In this document: positions 1 to 14,225 of the stretch, one piece after another
Layout of the letters: every line of letters starts with the position of its first letter
How positions within the stretch are numbered: the first letter of the stretch is position 1
From: Malacoraja senta
Lineage: Eukaryota
Assembly: GCA_038087875.1 (NCBI GenBank)
Contig: JAXLNO010000110.1
Location: 310,001-374,000 of the forward strand
Direction: 5' to 3'
Length of the DNA: 64,000 bases
Program-made: the position numbers and the translations under genes
The notes under the pieces: generated by a model
Databases searched by the model: none
Seen by the model: only the letters and a program-made list of their open reading frames with translations
What the model was told of the DNA's origin: nothing

Positions 1-739
1 GGTGCCTGGAACGCACTGCCAGGGGTGGTGGTGGAGGCAGATACGATCGTGGTGTTTAAGAGGCCTGTGGACGGGCACACGGACATGCAGGGAATGGAGG
101 GACACGGATCACGTGCAGGCAGGGAAGATCAGTTTAACTTGGGCGTCGTGTACGGCACGGACATTGTGGGCCGAAGGGCCAGTTCCCGTGCTGGACTCTT
201 CTGTGTTTAATGTTACATTTCCGATTATTGATGTGTTCAAAACAATACATATGGGCAGATAAGGCGCGACATAGTATTACCTGAAACATTTAGGCTCAGG
301 ATAATTTAGATGTCCGGGTTATTTCAGTTTTAGTGGTCATGATGAGAACGTGCAAACTCCACACTGACAGTACCAGAGGTCAGGATCAAACTCACGTCTC
401 ATAAAGTCATAAGGAATAGGAACAGAATTAGGCCATTCAGCCCATCAAGTCTTCAATCATGGCTGATCCATCTCTCCCTCCTAACCCCATTCTCCTGCCT
501 TCTCCCCATAACCCCTGACATCCGTACTAATCGAGGATCTATCTATCTTTGCCTTACAAATATCCACTGACTTGTGGCCTCCACCTCCGTCTGTGGCAAA
601 GAATCCCACAGATTCACCACCCCCTGACACAGGGTTTCTGGTGCTGTGAGGCAGTGGCTCTGCCAGCTGCCCCACAGTCGGGCGTTAGTTTAACCTCTGA
701 TAGCTGGCCTCACCCCTCAGCTTCACCCGATCCAGTTTG

Positions 740-1600
740 CATTGATGTTGCCGACGTAGAGATGGTCGGAAGACTTCAAACTCCTCGGAGTCACTAACAC
801 CAACAACTTCTCCTGGACCACCCATACTGAAGCAACGAGCAAGAGAGCACTCCCTTAGAAGCCCGAGGAAGTTTGGCACGCCCCCCTACAACTCTCACCA
901 ACTTCTACAGATGCGCTGTAGACAGCATTTTTATGGGGATGCGTCATGGCTTGGTTTGGGAACAGCTCCAACTAAGACAGTAAGAAATCGCAGCAAATTG
1001 TGGACGCAGCCCAGACCGTCACGCACACAAACCAACCTCCCTTCCCACCGACTCCATCTACACCTCGCGCTGCCTCGGCAAGGCCAGCAGCATCATCACG
1101 GACCAGTCTCACCCCCCGGTCACTCCCTCTTCTCCCCTCTCCCATCGGGTAAGAGGTACAGAAATGTGAAAACAAACGCACACATCTCCCAGATTCAGGG
1201 ACAGTTTCTTCCCGGCTGTATCAGGCAACTGAACCGTCCTATCACCAACTAGAGAGCGGTCCTGAACTACTATCTACCTCATTGGTGACCATTGGACTTG
1301 ATCAGACTTTGCTGGCTTTACCTTGCACTAAACGTTGTTCCATTATCATGTCTCTATTCTTCTTCTTGGGACGTAACTATACACTGTAAATGGATCGATT
1401 GTAATCATGCATTGTCTTTGTGCTGAAGGCAGACACAAAAAGCTGGAGTAACTCAGCGGGACAGGCAGCATCTCTGGAGAGAAGGAATGGGTGACGTTTC
1501 GGGTCGAGACCCTTCTTCAGAGACCTTCCGCTGCCAGGCTATCACGCAACAAAACATCTTTTCACTACACCTCGGTACATGTGCCAATAAACTAAACTGA
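740..1600 (+). mobile_element. Rex1/Babar 3' fragment with nested Penelope-derived piece
   Basis: Decayed FKLLGV...NFYRCAVDSIL...PLPSGKRYRNVKT coding, then the ttcactacacctcggtacatgtgccaataaa tail. Confidence 0.75.
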
Positions 1601-2934
1601 CTGCTCCGTTCCCAGCTTTCCTATCTTGTCCCAGCTGTTTAATTCCAGATTCGATGAAAAGAAATTCAAACCGTCAGCAAGGCGTGGTGGGATTCGAACT
1701 CAGACACGTTTGATTATTAATTCCATGCAGGACTATAGTCGGGGCAAGTGGGGGGAATGGCTTGTTCAGTGGTGACCCCTGCTGGCGACGGTGGGCACTG
1801 CTGGGCTCCACACAAGGTTCCGCTGTGACTGGAAGGCTCTCCACAGTCGGAGAGGCACTGAGGAGGTGCTGGAGTAACTCAGCGGGTCAGGCAGCATCTC
1901 TGGAGGAAAGGAATAGGTGATGTTTCGGGTCGAGACCCTTCTTCAGGCTGAGAGTCAGGGGAAAGGGAAACAAGGGATTTAGACGGCCAAGTAGAGAGAT
2001 ATGGAACAAATGAAGGAGAGATAGGCAGAAAAAGTAATGATGATAAAGGAAACAGGCTATTTGTTAGCTTTGCATGTTAGCTGTTGATTAGTACGGGTGT
2101 CGGGGGTTATGGGGAGGGCAGGAGAATGGGGTTAGGAGGGAGAGATACATCAGCCATGATTGAATGGCGGAGTAGACTTGATGGGCCGAATGGCCTAATT
2201 CAGCTCCTATCCCTTATGACCTTATGAGAATGAATACAGACAATGAGACTCAAAGCTTTCAAGAGAGAGCTAGATAGGGTTTTTAAAGATAGCGGAGTCA
2301 GGGGATATGGGGAGAAGGCAGGAACGGGGTACTGATTGGGGATGATCAGCCATGATCACATTGAATGGCGATGCTGGCTCGAAGGGCCGAATGGCCTACT
2401 CCTGCAACCTATTGTCTATTGTCTAAGACGACTTTGAAGCTGGTACGACTTGGGTGGGGGAGGGACGGAGAAAGAGGGAATGCCGGGGTTACTTGGTTAG
2501 AGAGAGTGGTGAATCTCTGGAACTCTCTGCCACAGAGGGTAGTTGAGGCCAGTTCATTGGCTATATTTAAGAGTGAGTTAGATGTGGCCCTTGTGGCTAA
2601 GGGGATCAGGGGGTATGGAGAGAAGGCAGGTACGGGATACTGAGTTGGATGATCAGCCATGATCATATTGAATGGCGGTGCAGGCTCGAAGGGCCGAATG
2701 GCCTACTCCTGCACCTATTTTCTATGTATCTATGTATGAGAAGTCAATGTTCATCCCGCAGGGGTGTAAGCTGCCCAAGCAAAATATGAGGTGCTGTTCC
2801 TCCAATTTGTGCTGGGCCTCACTCTGATAGTGGAGGAGGCCCAGGACAGACGGGTGCATAGAGGGCAAGAGTGAGAGTCACGTTGCAGAGACAAGGAACT
2901 GCAGATGCTGATTTCCCCCCAAAAAGACACAGTC

Positions 2935-3570
2935 TCCTGTGTACAAGATGATGAGATGAGATCGGGTAAATGCAGAGTTTAGTTTAGTTTAGAGAGACAG
3001 TGTGGAAACGGGCCCTTCAGCCCACCGAGTCCGTGCCGCCATGCGATTCCCGTACATTATTGTGTTCTGTTCTGGGCACCGTGTTATAGGAAAGAAGTTG
3101 TCAAGCTGGAAAGGGTACAGAGAAGATTTACGAGGATGATGCCAGGGAGAGGTTGAGCAGGCTGGGACTCTATTCCTTGGAGTGCAGGAAGATGAGGGGT
3201 GATCTTACAGAGGTGTACAAAATCATGAGAGGAATAGATCGGGTTGATGCACAGAGTCTCTTGACCAGAGTAGGGGAACCGAGGACCAGAGGACATAGGT
3301 TTAAGGTGAAAGGGAAAAGATTTAATAGGAATCTGAGGGGCACATTTTTTACACAAGGGTGGTGGGTGTATAGAACGAGCTGCCGGAGGAGGTAGTTAAG
3401 GCTGGGACTATCCCAACGTTTAAAAGACACTTGGACAGGTACGTGGATAGGACAGGTTTACAGGGTTGCTGGTCAAACGCAGGCAGGTGGGACTCGTGTA
3501 GATGGGGCATGTTGATCGGTGCAGGCAAGTTGGACCAAAGGGCCTGTTTCCACACTGAGTGACTCTATGG
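2935..3570 (+). mobile_element. CR1-clade (HER1-like) LINE 3' fragment
   Basis: [50 protein letters not shown] and the ggcctgtttccacactg tail. Confidence 0.85.
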
Positions 3571-4049
3571 CTGTGACGTAAGAGTGCTGGAGTAACTCAG
3601 CGGGTCAGGCAGGATCTCTGGAGAATGTGGATGGGGGACGGTTCGAGTCGGGGCCCTCCTTGAGACTGAACATACACAACGATGGTCGGGCCCCATTTGG
3701 AGTGCTGCGTGCAGTGCTGGTCGCCCCCATTACAGGAAGGGTGTGGGGGCTTTGGAGAGGGTGCGGAGGAGGTTTACCGACCGGGATGCCGCTGGATTAG
3801 AGGGTTCCAGCTGCAGGGGGAGGTTGGAGAGGGTGTAGAGGAGGTATGTCTGGATTAGAAGTTATTAGCTATAAAGAGAGGCTGGACAAGCTTGGAATAG
3901 GCACAAGCAGCTGGAGTAACTCCGCGGGTCAGACAACATCTCTGGAGAAAAGGAATAGGTGACTTTTCGGGTCGGCACCCTTCTTCAATCTAGAGACAGG
4001 GGAAAGGGAAAACGAGGGATATGGAAGGTAAATAGAAGAAATGAATGAA

Positions 4050-5776
<1,727 letters not shown>

Positions 5777-6004
5777 TCAGCGGGTGCGGCAGCATCTCTG
5801 GAGCGAAGAAAATAGGCAACGTTTTGGCACGATTTTCGGCCTATTTCCTTCGCTCCAGAGATGCTGCCTCACCCGCTGAGTTTCTCCAGCAATCTTGTCT
5901 ACCTTCGATTCTCCAGCATCTGCAGTTCCTTCTTGAAGACAAAACATCAAACTCAGCTCCCTGTCTACCACCGTCCCTGGAGTGCCACTGCCCCCTGCTG
6001 GCTT

Positions 6005-6305
6005 GCACAGATACAGCGCGGAAACAGGCCCTTCGGCCCCACCGTGTCCGTGCCGACCAGCGATTGCCCGTCCACACACTAGTTCCGCGTCCACTCCCTA
6101 CACACTAGGGGGCAATTTACAGAGGGGGGGGGGCGATCGAGCCACAAACCCGCACGACTTTGGGATGCGGGAGGAAACCGGAGCACCCGAAGGAAACCCA
6201 CAGGGAGTACGTGCAAACTCCGCATAGATAGTACCCGAGGTGATGATTGAACCCAGGTCACTGGCGCTGTGAGGCGGCAGCTCTACCGCTGCAACACCGT
6301 GCCAC
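6005..6305 (-). mobile_element. V-SINE (HE1-like)
   Basis: Reverse-strand copy of the 31571 consensus, located in the intron between the two coding exons. Confidence 0.8.
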
Positions 6306-6427
6306 CTCAGTTGCAGGTTCATTGGCCCTCTGTATATTCCCAGTAGTGCACAGGGAGTGAGCGGGTGACAGAGTGGGATCACAGCAAACTAGTGTGAAGG
6401 TAATTCACCCACAAACCCACACCTCTT

Positions 6428-7159
<732 letters not shown>

Positions 7160-7830
7160 CTAGAGATACAGTGAGCAAACAGGCCCTTCAGCCCACCAGG
7201 CCCGTGCTGACCAGCGATCCACTAGCATAGTTGAGAGATACAGTGAGTAAACAGGCCCTTCAGCCCACTAGACCCGTGCTGACCAGCGATCACTCCATAC
7301 ACTAGCTTAGTATAGAGATACCACACAAACAGGCCCTTCCTCCCACTGAGTATGTGCTGGCCAGCCAGCGATCACCCGTACACTAGTTTAGTTTATGTTC
7401 ATAAGGAATTGGAACAGAATTAGTCCATTCGGCCCATCAAGTCCACTCCGGCATTCAATCATGGCTGATCTACCTCAGTCTCCTAACTCCATTCTCCTGC
7501 CACTAGTTTAGTTTAGAGCTACAGGGCAAACAGGCCCTTCGGCCCAGCGAGTCCCTTCTGTCCAGCGATCACCCGTACACTAGCTTAGTTTATGTTCATA
7601 AGTGATAGGAGAAGAATGAGGCCATTCGGCCCATCAAGTCTACTCCAGCATTCAACCAAGTCTACTCTGGCATCTCACCCAACTAACCCCATTTTCCTGC
7701 TACTAGTTTAGCTTAGTTTAGAGATACAGGGCCGAAACAGGCCCTTCGGCCCACTGGGTCAGTGCCAACCTGCAATCACCCGGTGCACTAGTTTAGTTTC
7801 TAGATACAGCACGCAAACAGGCCCTTCGGC
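7160..7830 (-). repeat. Tandem array of SINE 3'-tail units interspersed with CR1 3' tails
   Basis: About 6 copies of gagatacag..aaacaggcccttc(a/g)gcccac..agcgatcac..actag, plus 2 copies of tttatgttcataag..ccattcggcccatcaagtc. Confidence 0.75.
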
Positions 7831-8351
7831 CCTCCACGCGCACCAATCAGCGATCCCCGTGCACTAACACTATCCCACACACACCAGGGACAATTTACAC
7901 ACCTACACCAAGCCAATTAACCTACGAACCCGCACGTCTTTGGAGTGTGGGAAGAAACCGAAGATCTCGGAGAAAACCCACGCAGGTCACGGGGAGAGCG
8001 TGCAAACTCCGCACAGACAGCACCCGTAGTGGGGATGGAACCCGGGTCTCTGGTGCTGTGAGGCTGCTCCACCGTGCTGCCCCTTTGTCTTTGTCCAGGC
8101 TGGTCAACACGCAACAACAGCTTCTCACTGTACCTCTGTACACAATCGTGACAATCAAACTAAACTAACTAACGGAACTGAAGCCAGCCGTCGGGATGGA
8201 GGCCGGGTCTGTGGTGCTGTCAGGTGGCAACTGTACCCCCGTGCCCAGCCCCCTAGAGGGCCGAATGGTCGCACTCTGCTCCAATCAGTCAGCAACATGA
8301 GTGACACGGTGTGGGGACAGAGACGGAAAGGGGAGGGGGGAGTGGGGGAGG

Positions 8352-11300
8352 GGCAGACAGTGGGGGGGTAGACAGTGGGGGTGGTAGACAGTGGGGGGGT
8401 AGACAGTGGGGGGGTAGACAGTGGGGGGGAGACAGTGGGGGGGTAGATAGTGGGGGGGGGCATACAGTGGGGGGGTAGACAGTGGGAGGGGTAGACAGTG
8501 GGGGGGTAGACAGTGGGGGGGAGACAGTGGGGGGGTAGATAGTGGGGGGGCATACAGTGGGGGGTAGACAGTGGGAGGGGTAGACAGTGGGGGGTAGACA
8601 GAGGGGTGTATACAGTGTGGGGGTAGACAGTGGGGTGTATACAGTGGGGGGGTAGACAGTGGGGGGTAGACAGAGGGGTGTAGACAGTGGGGGGTAGACA
8701 GTGGGGGGGTAGACAGTGGGAGGTAGACAGTGGGGGTGTAGACAGTGGGGGGTAGACAGTGGGGGGGTAGACAGTGGGGGGTAAACAGTGGGAGGTAGAC
8801 AGTGGGGGGGTAGACAGTGGGGGGTAGACAGTGGGGGGTAGACAGTGGGGGGTAGACAGTGGGGGGTAGACAGTGGGGAGGTAGACAGTGGGGGATGTAG
8901 ACAGTGGTGGGGGTAGACAGTGGGGGATGTAGACAGTGGGGGGTAGACAGTGGGGGGTAGACAGTGGGGGGGTAGACAGTGGGGGGTAGACAGTGGGGGG
9001 TAGACAGTGGGGGGTAGACAGTGGGGGGTAGACAGTGGGGGGTAGACAGTGGGGAGGTAGACAGTGGGGGATGTAGACAGTGGTGGGGGTAGACAGTGGG
9101 GGATGTAGACAGTGGGGGGTAGACAGTGGGGGTGTATACAGTGGGGGGGTAGACAGTGGGGGTGTATTCAGTGGGGGGTAGACAGTGGGGGTGTATACAG
9201 TGGGGGGGGGTAGACAGTGGGGGTGTATACAGTGGGGGATGTAGACAGTGGTGGGGGTAGACAGTGGGGGATGTAGACAGTGGGGGTGTATACAGTGGGG
9301 GGGTAGACAGTGGGGGGTAGACAGTGGGGGGTAGACAGTGGGGGGTAGACAGTGGGGTGTATACAGTGGGGGGTAGACAGTGGGGTGTATACAGTGGGTG
9401 TGTATACAGTGGGGGGGTATACAGTGGGGGTGTATACAGTGGGGGTGTATACAGTGGGGGGGGTAGACAGTGGGGGGTAGACAGTGGGGGTTAGACAGTG
9501 TGGGGAGGTAGACAGTGGGGGGGGGGTAGACAAAGAGGGGGTGTTGACAGTGGGGGGGTTAGACAGTGGGGGGTAGACAGTGGGGGTGTATACAGTGGGG
9601 GGTAGACAGCGGGGGGTAGACAGTGGGGGGGGTAGACAGCGGGGGTAGACAGTGGGGGTGTATACAGTGGGGGGTAGACAGTGTGGGGGGTAGACAGCGG
9701 GGGGTAGACAGTGGGGGTGTATACAGTGGGGGGTAGACAGTGTGGGGGGTAGACAGCGGGGGGTAGACAGTGGGCGGTTGATAGTGGGGGGAAGACAGTG
9801 GGGGGTATATACAGTGGGGGTGTATACAGTGGGGGGAGGTAGACAGTGGGGGTGTATACAGTGGGGGGAGGTAGACAGTGGGGGGATAGACAGTGGGGGG
9901 GTAGCCAGTGGGGGAGACAGTGGGGGGGTACAGTGGGGTGGGTAGACAGTGGGGGGGTAGACTGTGGGGTGTATACAGTGGGGGTGTATACAGTGGGGGT
10001 GTATACAGTGGGTGTGTATACAGTGGGGGTATATACAGTGGGGGTGTATACAGTGGGTGTGTATACAGTGGGGGTGTATACAGTGGGTGTGTATACAGTG
10101 GGTGTGTATACAGTGGGGATATATACAGTGGGTGTGTATACAGTGGGGGCGGTAGACAGTGGGGGTATATACAGTGGGGGTATATACAGTGGGGGTGTAT
10201 ACAGTGGGTGTGTATACAGTGGGGGTGTATACAGTGGGTGTGTATACAGTGGGGGTATATACAGTGGGGGTGTATACAGTGGGTGTGTATACAGTGGGGG
10301 CGTATACAGTGGGTGTGTATACAGTGGGGGTATATACAGTGGGGGGGGTAGACAGTGGGGGTGTATACAGTGGGGGGGTAGACAGTGGGGGTAGACAGTG
10401 GGGGGTAGACAGTGGGGTGTATACAGTGGGGGTAGACAGTGGGGGGAGGTAGACAGTGGGGGTAGACAGTGGGGGGTAGACAGTGGGGTGTATACAGTGG
10501 GGGGTAGACAGTGGGGGGGTAGCCAGTGGGGGGGTAGACAGTGGGGGGTAGACAGTGGGGTATATACAGTGGGGGGTAGACAGTGGGGGTAGCCAGTGGG
10601 GGGTAGACAGTGGGGGGGTAGACAGTGGGGGGGTAGACAGTGGGGGGTAGACAGTGGGGGTATATACAGTGGGTATGTATACAGTGCGGGTGTATACAGT
10701 GGGGGGTAGACAGTGGGGGGGTATACAGTGGGGTGTATACAGTGGGGGGTAGACAGTGGGTGTGTATACAGTGGGGGGTAGACAGTGGGGGGTAGACAGT
10801 GGGGGTGTATACAGTGGGGGGTAGACTGTGGGGGGTAGACAGTGAGGGGTAGACAGTGGGGTGTAGACAGTGAGGGGTAGACAGTGAGGGGTAGACAGTG
10901 GGGGATAGACAGTGGGGGGTAGACAGTGGGGGGTAGACGGTGGGGTGTATACAGTGGGGTGTATACAGTGGGGGGTATACAGTGGGGGGTATACAGTGGG
11001 TGTGTATACAGTGGGGGTGTATACAGTGGGGGGTAGACAGTGGGGGGGTAGACAGTGGGGGTGTATACAGTGGGGGGAGGTAGACAGTGGGGGTGTATAC
11101 AGTGGGGTGTATACAGTGGGGGGTATACAGTGGGGGTGTATACAGTGGGGGTATATACAGTGGGGGTGTATACAGTGGGTGTGTATACAGTGGGGGTGTA
11201 TACAGTGGGGGAGGTAGACAGTGGGGGTGTATACAGTGGGGGGTAGACAGTGGGGGGGTAGACAGTGGGGGGGTAGACAGTGGGGGTAGACAGTGGGGGG

Positions 11301-12746
11301 TAGACAGTGGGGGTAGACAGTGGGGGTAGACAGTGGGGGGAGTAGACAGTGGGGGGTAGACAGTGGGGTGTAGACAGTGGGGGGAGTAGACAGTGGGGGG
11401 TAGACAGTGGGGGGTAGACAGTGGGGGGTAGACAGTGGGGGGTAGACAGTGGGGGGTAGACAGTGGGGGGAGTAGACAGTGGGGGGGTAGACAGTGGGTA
11501 TATACAGTGGGGGGTAGACAGTGGGGGGTAGACAGTGGGGGGTAGACAGTGGGGGGTAGACAGTGGGCGTAGACAGTGGGGGGTAGACAGTGGGGTATAT
11601 ACAGTGGGGGTAGACAGTGGGGGGTATACAGTGGGGGTTAGACAGTGGGGGGTAGACAGTGGGGTATATACAGTGGGGGGTAGACAGTGGGGGGTAGACA
11701 GTGGGGTATATACAGTGGGGGGTAGACAGTGGGGGTAGACAGTGGGGGGTAGACAGTGGGGGGTAGACAGTGGGCATAGACAGTGGGGGTAGACAGTGGG
11801 GGGTAGACAGTGGGGTATATACAGTGGGGGTAGACAGTGGGGGGTATACAGTGGGGGGTAGACAGTGGGGTATATACAGTGGGGGGTAGACAGTGGGGGG
11901 TAGACAGTGGGGTATATACAGTGGGGGGTAGACAGTGGGGTATATACAGTGGGGGTAGACAGTGGGGGGTAGACAGTGGGGGGTAGACAGTGGGGTATAT
12001 ACAGTGGGGGGTAGACAGTGGGGTATATACAGTGGGGGTAGACAGTGGGGGGTAGACAGTGGGGTATATACAGTGGGGGTAGACAGTGGGGAGTAGACAG
12101 TGGGGGGTAGACAGTGGGGGGTAGACAGTGGGGAGTAGACAGTGGGGGATAGACAGTGGGAGGGTATACAGTGGGGGTAGACAGTGGGAGGGTATACAGT
12201 GGGGATAGACAGTGGGAGGGTATACAGTGGGGGGTAGACAGTGGGGGGTAGACAGTGGGGGGTAGACAGTGGGGGGTAGACAGTGGGCGTAGACAGTGGG
12301 GGTAGACAGTGGGGGGTAGACAGTGGGGCATATACAGTGGGGGTAGACAGTGGGGGGTATACAGTGGGGGGTAGACAGTGGGGGGTAGACAGTGGGGTAT
12401 ATACAGTGGGGGGTAGACAGTGGGGGGTAGACAGTGGGGTATATACAGTGGGGGGTAGACAGTGGCGGGTAGACAGTGGGGGGTAGACAGTGGGCATACA
12501 GTGGGGGTAGACAGTGGGGGTAGACAGTGGGGTATATACAGTGGGGGTAGACAGTGGGGGGTATACAGTGGGGGGTAGACAGTGGGGTATATACAGTGGG
12601 GGGTAGACAGTGGGGGGTAGACAGTGGGGTATATACAGTGGGGGGTAGACAGTGGGGGGTAGACAGTGGGGTATATACAGTGGGGGGTAGACAGTGGGGG
12701 GTAGACAGGTGGGGTAAATACAGTGGGGGGGTACCGACCAGTGGGG
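8352..12746 (+). repeat. G-rich minisatellite, ~13-16-bp unit GTA(G/T)ACAGTGGGG(G)n
   Basis: Roughly 300 tandem copies of tagacagtggggg / tatacagtggggg variants running into the gap. Confidence 0.98.
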
Positions 12747-12946
12747 NNNNNNNNNNNNNNNNNNNNNNNNNNNNNNNNNNNNNNNNNNNNNNNNNNNNNN
12801 NNNNNNNNNNNNNNNNNNNNNNNNNNNNNNNNNNNNNNNNNNNNNNNNNNNNNNNNNNNNNNNNNNNNNNNNNNNNNNNNNNNNNNNNNNNNNNNNNNNN
12901 NNNNNNNNNNNNNNNNNNNNNNNNNNNNNNNNNNNNNNNNNNNNNN
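12747..12946. other. Assembly gap (200 N)
   Basis: Run of exactly 200 N, a fixed-size scaffolding gap directly after a long minisatellite. Confidence 0.99.
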
Positions 12947-13156
12947 TCTACATGGTCCATCACAACCTTGGTCGGCCCCAAAGTGTTTGGAGACAATAAT
13001 GTTTTTGTTGCAACAGTTATGTTACTTGGCCAATGATCAGAAAGATAAGTTGAAATCCTACCAGGGGAGCTGGGGAATTCATACTCAAGTAAATATACAA
13101 TGCTGGAATTTTAAGAAAAAGTAGCCATGGCCATGGAAACCACGAGAGTCCGTCCG

Positions 13157-13645
13157 TAGACAAAAATGCTGGAGAAACCCAGCGGGTGAGGCAGCATCTA
13201 TGGAGCGAAGGAATAGGTGACGTTTCGCGTCGAAACCCTTCTTCAGACTGATGTGGAGTTGGGGTGGGGGGGGGGGGGAAGAAGAAAGGTAGAGGTGGAG
13301 ACTTTGGACTGAGGGAGAGCTGGGATGGGGAGGGGAAAGAGGGAGAAAGCAAGGACTACCTGAAATTGGAGTAAACTACCCAAGCGAAATACGAGGTGCT
13401 TCTCCTCCAATGTACGGTGGGACTCACTCTGACCATGGAGGAGGCCCAGGACAGAAAGGTCGGATTGGGAATGGGTGGGGGAGTTGAAGTGCTGAGCCAC
13501 CGGGAGATCAGGTTGGGGTTATTGTGAACTGAGCGGAGGTGTTGGGCGAAGCGATCGCCGAGCCTACGCTTGGTCTCACCGATGTCGAGCAGCTGACACC
13601 TAGAGCAGCGGATGCAATAGATGAGGTTGGAGGAGGTGCAGGTGC
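13157..13645 (-). mobile_element. Penelope-like element 3' fragment (GIY-YIG endonuclease C-terminus plus hammerhead-bearing pLTR)
   Basis: TCTSSNLIYCIRCSRCQLLDIGETKRRLGDRFAQHLRSV...VAQHFNSPTHS...LVFRLGSL, followed by CTGAAGAAGGGTTTCGACGCGAAACGTC. Confidence 0.85.
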
Positions 13646-13864
13646 GGTATTGTTGTGAAAACACATCTTGTTCACCGGTGTCCTTAAGGGAAGGAATTCT
13701 GCCATAACAGTCTGGCCTGTGTGAGACTCCCATCCGAGTGCCTGGGACTGAATCTGGAACAGTACTGCACAGGAACAGGCCCTTCAGCCCACAATGCCTT
13801 TGCCCACACCGACCAACATGCCCCGTCTGCACTCATCCCGCCTGCATTTGACCATATCCCTCGG

Positions 13865-14210
13865 AAACTACTGAGATTCGGTACGTCAGAGAGGATCTTC
13901 TACAGGTGTACAGCAGAGAGCATATTGACTGGTTGCATCACAGCCTGGTTCGGCAACTCGAATGCCCAGGAGCAAAGAAGACTGCAAAAAATTGTGACCA
14001 CTGCCCAGGCCATCTGACCTCCCCGCCATCGAAGGGATTTACCAGAGTCGCTGCCTCAAAAAGGCAGCCAGCATCATCAGAGACCCACACCAGCCTAGTC
14101 ACACACTCATTTCACCTCTGCCATCGGGATGAAGGTACAGGAGCCTGAAAACTCTGTTTTCAGGCTCCTGTACCTTCATCCCGATGGCAGAGGTGAACGT
14201 CCAGATTAGT
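13865..14210 (+). mobile_element. Rex1/Babar fragment containing a fold-back inversion
   Basis: FYRCTAESILTGCITAWFGN...RLQKIVTTAQ matches the 28.8-kb Rex1 copy. Confidence 0.8.
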
Positions 14211-14225
14211 TCTGTCTGGGACATA

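Noticed and set aside
9168..12497. 1109-aa and 946-aa Pro/Thr/Tyr-rich ORFs
   Set aside because: Translations of the stop-free minisatellite, with no splice or protein-family evidence.
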